A DNA stretch of 63,851 nt, counting the filler. It is 6 parts of 6 records of this genome, joined end to end, with 100 filler letters (N's around TTAATTAATTAA, not from the genome) between each part and the next. Parts side by side here need not be neighbours in the genome. Positions count along the whole stretch, not along the records: positions 54,651 to 59,851 come from SRR20825010_4666; positions 59,952 to 63,851 come from SRR20825010_4667; 4 more parts are not named here. One strand, 5' to 3'. Below the pieces are notes generated by a model. It was given only the letters and a program-made list of their open reading frames with translations. It was not told the DNA's origin and searched no databases. Position numbers and translations under genes: made by a program. This document shows, one piece after another, positions 59,370 to 63,851 of this stretch; position 1 is the stretch's first letter, and each line of letters starts with the position of its first letter.

Positions 59370-59851
59370 GTATCGTCCAGTTTCTTGGATGGGAAAACTG
59401 AGACGAGCAGCCCCGCCGCTGTGATCAGGAGCATTCCGCACATGGTCAATATGTCCGGCGTCTCGGCAAAGAAGACGAAGCCCCATATGGCAGCGGAAAC
59501 GAGATAGGCATAGTCGAATGTTGCAATAGTTGACGGCGGCGCAATCTGATAGGCGCGGGCGACGCCGACAAAGAAGGCCGCGGAGAGAACACCGAGGAGA
59601 AGCATCAGGCCCCATTCTTCCGCGCCCATTGGCATCCAGTCGCCGAACAGGAACGGAAACTGAGCGCGTGTATCTGCGCCGAGATCAAGCAGAAAAAGTA
59701 CTCCGGTCGCAAGCAATCCCGTGATCAGAAATGATCCATGCAGGGCAATTGCCAGAGTAACCGGCGTTTCATCGCGGCATTTGCTCCGGGTCAGGATCAT
59801 TGCCAGGGAATAAAAGACGGCGGCCATCAAGGGAAGCAGGGTGAACCAGGA
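59366..59851 (-). CDS. DMT/EamA-family transporter, 5' truncated
   Basis: AYQIAPPSTIATFDYAYL...FFAETPD; convergent with the other DMT gene and overlapping it by 4 nt. Confidence 0.85.
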   Translation of the reverse strand, partial: SWFTLLPLMAAVFYSLAMILTRSKCRDETPVTLAIALHGSFLITGLLATGVLFLLDLGADTRAQFPFLFGDWMPMGAEEWGLMLLLGVLSAAFFVGVARAYQIAPPSTIATFDYAYLVSAAIWGFVFFAETPDILTMCGMLLITAAGLLVSVFPSKKLDDT

Positions 59852-59951
59852 NNNNNNNNNNNNNNNNNNNNNNNNNNNNNNNNNNNNNNNNNNNNTTAAT
59901 TAATTAANNNNNNNNNNNNNNNNNNNNNNNNNNNNNNNNNNNNNNNNNNNN
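59852..59951. other. artificial contig linker
   Basis: 44 N + TTAATTAATTAA + 44 N. Confidence 0.99.
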
Positions 59952-60681
59952 GGGCGATTTCGTGCTGGTGCCGTCCTCATTCGGCTTCACCACCACCAGC
60001 GCCACCGAGAGGCCGGAAGCCGGGATCGTGACGACGCCGGTTCATCTTGGCAATGGCGCGCTCAGAGTCGGACGTGCGGACGGACCGGCCGATTGCCAGT
60101 ATCTCGTCGGCCATTGCGTCTTCGGATCGGCCGACGCGGCGCTGCTGGTCTCGCTCCTGCCGGATACCGTCGTCGTCCGGCGCGACGAGCGGCTTGCCGC
60201 GCTCGCGAGGCTTGTGCGGGACGAAACGCTGTCGAAACGCCCGGCGCGCGACGTCGTGCTCGAGCGGTTGCTGGAAGTGCTGTTTATCGAGGCGCTCAGG
60301 TCGGCGGCGGCCTCCGACGCCGCGCCGGGCCTGCTGCGCGGCCTTGGTGACCCACGGCTCTCCGAGGCGATCCGGGCGATGCACCGCGAGCCCGCGCGCG
60401 CGTGGACGGTTGACGAGCTTGCCGATCTCGCCGCCCTGTCGCGCTCGTCCTTCTTCGCCCGTTTCAGCCGCACCATCGGCGTGCCGCCAATGGAATATCT
60501 GTTCGGCTGGCGGATGGTGCTGGCGAAGGCGCTTCTGACCGAAGGCCGCCTGCCGGTGGCGACCGTCGCCGAACGCGTCGGCTATGGCTCCTCCAGCGCC
60601 TTCAGCCTCGCCTTCACCCGACACGCAGGCCTCGCGCCGGCGCATTTCGCACGCGGCGCGATGAAAGTGGCGGCGGAATAG
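59952..60681 (+). CDS. AraC-family regulator with N-terminal cupin domain, 5' truncated
   Basis: GLLRGLGDPRL...WTVDELA...SRSSFFARF...PPMEYL..WRM...VGYGS.SAFS. Confidence 0.9.
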
Positions 60682-60682
60682 C

Positions 60683-60711
60683 AAAAGGCCGGCGCGTCAG
60701 CACCGGCCTTT
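60683..60711. terminator. intrinsic terminator between the AraC gene and katA
   Basis: Minus strand AAAGGCCGGTGC-TGAC-GCGCCGGCCTTTT. Confidence 0.8.
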
Positions 60712-60734
60712 CCGGGTGTTTTTAGCAGCGAAGC

Positions 60735-62231
60735 CTATTCCGCCGCGGACTGCGTTCCCGGCGTCGAGATCGCGTTGGCCTCGTAGCCATGGGCTTCCTT
60801 CAGCGCGGCGCGGACGCCGGCTTCGTAGTCGGGGTGGACCTGCTTGAACAGCGCGAGCTGGCGCTCGATGATCTCGCCCGGCACACCACCCATGGCAGCC
60901 GCGACATTGTCGAACAGGCGCGCCTTCTGGCCATCGTCGAAGAGTTCGAACAAGGCGCGCGGCTGGCCGAAATCGTCATTGCCGTCGCGGTGATTGTAGC
61001 GCGCCATCGCGCCCTCGATCGCGAGCGGCGGCTCCATCGCCGACTTGTCCTCGACCGCGCCGCCCATGCTGTTCGGCTCGTAATAGGCGTCCGTTGCGCC
61101 GGTTTTCTGGCCGAAGAAGTTCATCTGGCCATCCTTGTGGTAGTGATGGACCGGACACTTCGGCGCGTTGACCGGCAGCGCCTCGTAATGGGTGCCAAGG
61201 CGGTAGCGGTGGGCATCGGCGTAGGAGAATATCCGGGCCTGCAGCATCTTGTCCGGCGAATGCGAGATGCCGGGCACGATATTGGAGGGCGAGAACGCCG
61301 CCTGCTCGATTTCGGCAAAGTAATTGTCGGCGTTGCGATTGAGTTCCATCACGCCGATATCGATCGGCGGATAGTCGCCATGCGGCCACACCTTGGTGAG
61401 GTCGAAGGGATTGTAGGCGGTCTTGCCGGTGTCGCTTTCCGGCATGATCTGCACCTGCACCTTCCAGCGCGGGTAATTGCCGGTCTCGACCTTGTCGAAC
61501 AGCGCTTCCTGATAGGTCTCGCGGCTCTTGCCGATCAGCGTCTCGGCCTCTTCGTTGACGTAGTGCTTGTGGCCCTGCTCGGTCTTGAAGTGGAACTTGA
61601 CCCAGAAGCGCTCGCCGGCATCGTTCCAGAGCGAATAAGTGTGCGAACCGTAGCCGTTCATGAAGGTCGGGTCGACCGGGATGCCGCGGTCCGACATCAG
61701 GATCGTGACCTGATGCAGGCTTTCCGGCGACAGCGACCAGAAATCCCACATCGCCGTCGGCGAGCGCAGATTGGTGCGCGGATGGCGCTTCTGGGTGTGG
61801 ATGAAATCGGGGAACTTGTAGGGATCGCGCACGAAGAACACCGGCGTGTTGTTGCCGACCAGATCCCAGTTGCCGTCCTCGGTGTAGAATTTCAGCGCGA
61901 AGCCGCGCACGTCGCGCTCGGCGTCTGCCGCGCCCAGTTCGCCGGCAACGGTGGAGAACCGGGCCAGCATCGGCGTTTCCGCGCCCGGCTGGAGACACTT
62001 GGCCTTGGTGTATTTCGATATGTCGCCGGTGATCCTCAGCGTGCCGAAGGCGCCCCAGCCCTTGGCGTGAACCACACGCTCGGGAATCCGCTCGCGATTC
62101 TGGTGGGCGAGCTTTTCCAGAAGCTGGTAATCCTGGATCATCACCCCGCCATGCGGGCCGGCGGTGATTGAATTCTGGTTGTCCGGCAGCGCCGCGCCGG
62201 CTGTCGTTGTCAGGGTCGGTTTATCGGCCAT
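60735..62231 (-). CDS. katA: monofunctional small-subunit heme catalase
   Basis: [32 protein letters not shown] and [17 protein letters not shown] at 62231 after GGAGG. Confidence 0.96.
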   Translation of the reverse strand: MADKPTLTTTAGAALPDNQNSITAGPHGGVMIQDYQLLEKLAHQNRERIPERVVHAKGWGAFGTLRITGDISKYTKAKCLQPGAETPMLARFSTVAGELGAADAERDVRGFALKFYTEDGNWDLVGNNTPVFFVRDPYKFPDFIHTQKRHPRTNLRSPTAMWDFWSLSPESLHQVTILMSDRGIPVDPTFMNGYGSHTYSLWNDAGERFWVKFHFKTEQGHKHYVNEEAETLIGKSRETYQEALFDKVETGNYPRWKVQVQIMPESDTGKTAYNPFDLTKVWPHGDYPPIDIGVMELNRNADNYFAEIEQAAFSPSNIVPGISHSPDKMLQARIFSYADAHRYRLGTHYEALPVNAPKCPVHHYHKDGQMNFFGQKTGATDAYYEPNSMGGAVEDKSAMEPPLAIEGAMARYNHRDGNDDFGQPRALFELFDDGQKARLFDNVAAAMGGVPGEIIERQLALFKQVHPDYEAGVRAALKEAHGYEANAISTPGTQSAAE

Positions 62232-62286
62232 GGTTTCCTCCATTATGTGTGAAGAGGATCGTCTCACGAACTAACTATAATTTCCA

Positions 62287-62323
62287 ATTGCGATTTCCTG
62301 AGTTTGCGATAGGATTTTCCTAT
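62287..62323. promoter_or_regulatory. OxyR operator between katA and oxyR
   Basis: ATTG-N7-CTGA-N7-ATAG-N7-CTAT fits the ATAG-N7-CTAT-N7-ATAG-N7-CTAT register; the last half is perfect. Confidence 0.75.
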
Positions 62324-62324
62324 C

Positions 62325-63215
62325 ATGATTACACTCAAGCAATTGCGCTATTTCGAGGCGCTGGCCCGTGAGCGCCATTTCGGCCGCGCGGCGGAGGCGG
62401 TGCATATCAGCCAGCCGGCGCTGTCCGCCCAGATCATGGAGATGGAGGCGACGCTCGGCGTCGCCCTTTTCGAGCGCACCCGCAGACAGGTGCTCTTGAC
62501 CCGCGAGGGCGAGCGGGTGCTTGCCCATGCGGGAAGCGTGCTGGCCGCCATGGCCGCGCTGGAACATGCGGCGCGACCGGCCTCGGGGCCGCTTTCGGGG
62601 CCGGTGGCGGTCGGCCTCATTCCCACCGTCGCCCCATACCTGATCCCCAAGCTCGTGCCCTATCTGAAGCGTCAATACCCCGACGCGGAGATCGCCTTGA
62701 AGGAAGCCGTCACCGATCAGCTTCTCGATCATCTGGAGGCGGGCATGCTCGATGCCGTGGTCGCGGCGCTGCCGGTCGAGCGCGATGGTATCGAGACGAT
62801 GGAACTGTTTTCCGACCGGTTTTTCATGGCGGTCGCCCGCAACAACAAGACCGTGCTGGCCTCGCCGTTGACCCAGGCCGACATCGCGGCGGATCGTCTG
62901 CTGTTGCTGGAGGAGGGCCATTGCCTGCGCGACCAGGCCTTAGCGCTTTGCGAACAAAAACCGAAGCGCACCATCGTCAATGTCGGGGCGACGTCGATGA
63001 CCACGCTGTTGCAGATGGTCGCCAATGACATGGGCATGACGCTGATCCCGGAAATGGCGGTGGCGGCCGAAACCGCGCGCACGCCGCTGACCATCCTGTC
63101 CTTCGCCGAACCGGCGCCGGCGCGCAGGCTGGGGCTTTGCTGGCGGCGCTCGGACAGACGGGGCGAGAGCATGGCCGCGCTTGCGGCTGCAGTGCTGGCA
63201 TGTCGCGCGGGTTGA
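62325..63215 (+). CDS. oxyR: H2O2-sensing LysR regulator OxyR
   Basis: LysR HTH; IPTVAPY; LEEGHCLRDQALALC with both redox Cys (C-X8-C); divergent from the catalase gene. Confidence 0.94.
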   Translation: MITLKQLRYFEALARERHFGRAAEAVHISQPALSAQIMEMEATLGVALFERTRRQVLLTREGERVLAHAGSVLAAMAALEHAARPASGPLSGPVAVGLIPTVAPYLIPKLVPYLKRQYPDAEIALKEAVTDQLLDHLEAGMLDAVVAALPVERDGIETMELFSDRFFMAVARNNKTVLASPLTQADIAADRLLLLEEGHCLRDQALALCEQKPKRTIVNVGATSMTTLLQMVANDMGMTLIPEMAVAAETARTPLTILSFAEPAPARRLGLCWRRSDRRGESMAALAAAVLACRAG

Positions 63216-63295
63216 CGGCCGGATTAGTCCTTTACCTATGGCCTCACAAGCCTGATAGTGTCCGCACCGGCTGAATGACGAAAGGGGCTTTGGTC

Positions 63296-63851
63296 ATGAG
63301 CGGAATAACACGCATTCTGGCGACGGCGTTTACGGTACTGGTGCTCGGCAGCGCCGCTGCCATGGCGGACGATGACAAGATCATGGTCTTCGGCGGCGAT
63401 ACCTATGCCAGCGGCATGACCACCGTGCTCAATCAGGACAGCCCGCGCAATGCCTTCGTGGCCGGCGCCACCGCCCGGCTCGACGGTTCGGTCGGCCGCG
63501 ATGCGCTGCTGGCGGGCGCCAGGGTCCGCTCCAGCGCTTCGGTGAACGGCGATCTTTACGCGGCCGGCTTTTCCGTGAAGATCGATGGCACGGTCGCCGG
63601 CGATCTTTCGGCGGCCGGCGCGGATATCGAGATCGGTCCCGGCGCGGCCGTCAGCGGCAATGCGCGACTGGCGGGCGGCTCGGTCGAAATCAACGCGCCG
63701 AGCGCGGGAAGCCTGCTCGTGGGCAGCGGCGACCTGACCCTCAACGCGGCGGTTTCCGGCGATGTCCGGATCATGGGCGATGATATCGCGTTCGGGCCGG
63801 ATGCCACGGTCGGCGGGACGCTGACCTATTACGCTCCGGATGAGGTTACGA
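63296..63851 (+). CDS. exported bactofilin-like beta-helix protein, 3' truncated (not in the ORF track)
   Basis: My translation: MSGITRILATAFTVLVLGSAAAMA-DDD... then repeats VNGDLYAAGFSVKIDG / VAGDLSAAGADIEIG / VSGNARLAGGSVEIN / VSGDVRIMG. Confidence 0.8.
   Translation, partial: MSGITRILATAFTVLVLGSAAAMADDDKIMVFGGDTYASGMTTVLNQDSPRNAFVAGATARLDGSVGRDALLAGARVRSSASVNGDLYAAGFSVKIDGTVAGDLSAAGADIEIGPGAAVSGNARLAGGSVEINAPSAGSLLVGSGDLTLNAAVSGDVRIMGDDIAFGPDATVGGTLTYYAPDEVT

Noticed and set aside
60789..62171. 460-aa plus-strand ORF opposite katA (and the 340-aa alternative-frame ORF at 60976-61998)
   Set aside because: Shadow ORFs expected from high-GC codon bias; no motifs, and catalase explains the region.

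Overview
This window is not one locus. It joins six unrelated contigs with artificial 100-nt spacers (44 N + TTAATTAATTAA + 44 N) at 30308-30407, 43962-44061, 48958-49057, 54551-54650 and 59852-59951, so neighbourhood arguments hold only within a segment. (1) 1-30307 is a Marinobacter-like gammaproteobacterial core region: rpsT, murJ-ribF-ileS-lspA-fkpB-ispH, a convergent type IVa minor-pilin cluster (fimT, fimU, pilV, pilW, pilX, pilY1, pilY2-like, pilE), pilR-pilS, glutamine-dependent nadE, bamD, rluD-pgeF-clpB, a DUF4124-like gene and ilvI-ilvH-ilvC. (2) 30408-43961 is planctomycete (Rhodopirellula-like): Tat-exported Gfo/Idh/MocA oxidoreductase, M13 peptidase, and four uncharacterised envelope proteins (PpiD-like protein with an acidic insert, a tandem-domain membrane protein, two TPR-like exported proteins), then a structured non-coding tail. 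(3) 44062-48957 is part of an alphaproteobacterial photosynthesis gene cluster: bchI-bchD-bchO divergent from dxs, with two tandem pairs of PpsR/CrtJ boxes between them. (4) 49058-54550 is Rhodobacteraceae-like: dapA end, an orphan, an M16 peptidase pair, a DUF3035-like lipoprotein, lspA, purH. (5) 54651-59851 is alphaproteobacterial: lipoprotein alpha/beta-hydrolase, UDG-family protein, crotonase, BesD/HalD-like Fe/2OG enzyme and two DMT transporters. (6) 59952-63851 is Hyphomicrobiales-like: cupin-AraC regulator, katA, oxyR with its operator, and a secreted bactofilin-like beta-helix protein. I found no CRISPR array, rRNA, tRNA or transposase. Most content is housekeeping. The best novelty candidates are the planctomycete envelope cluster, a PilY1 with Arg in place of the terminal Asp of its Ca-binding loop, the structured ilvI leader, and the PpsR-controlled bchIDO/dxs junction. 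Taxonomic labels and family calls come from pattern recognition, not database searches.
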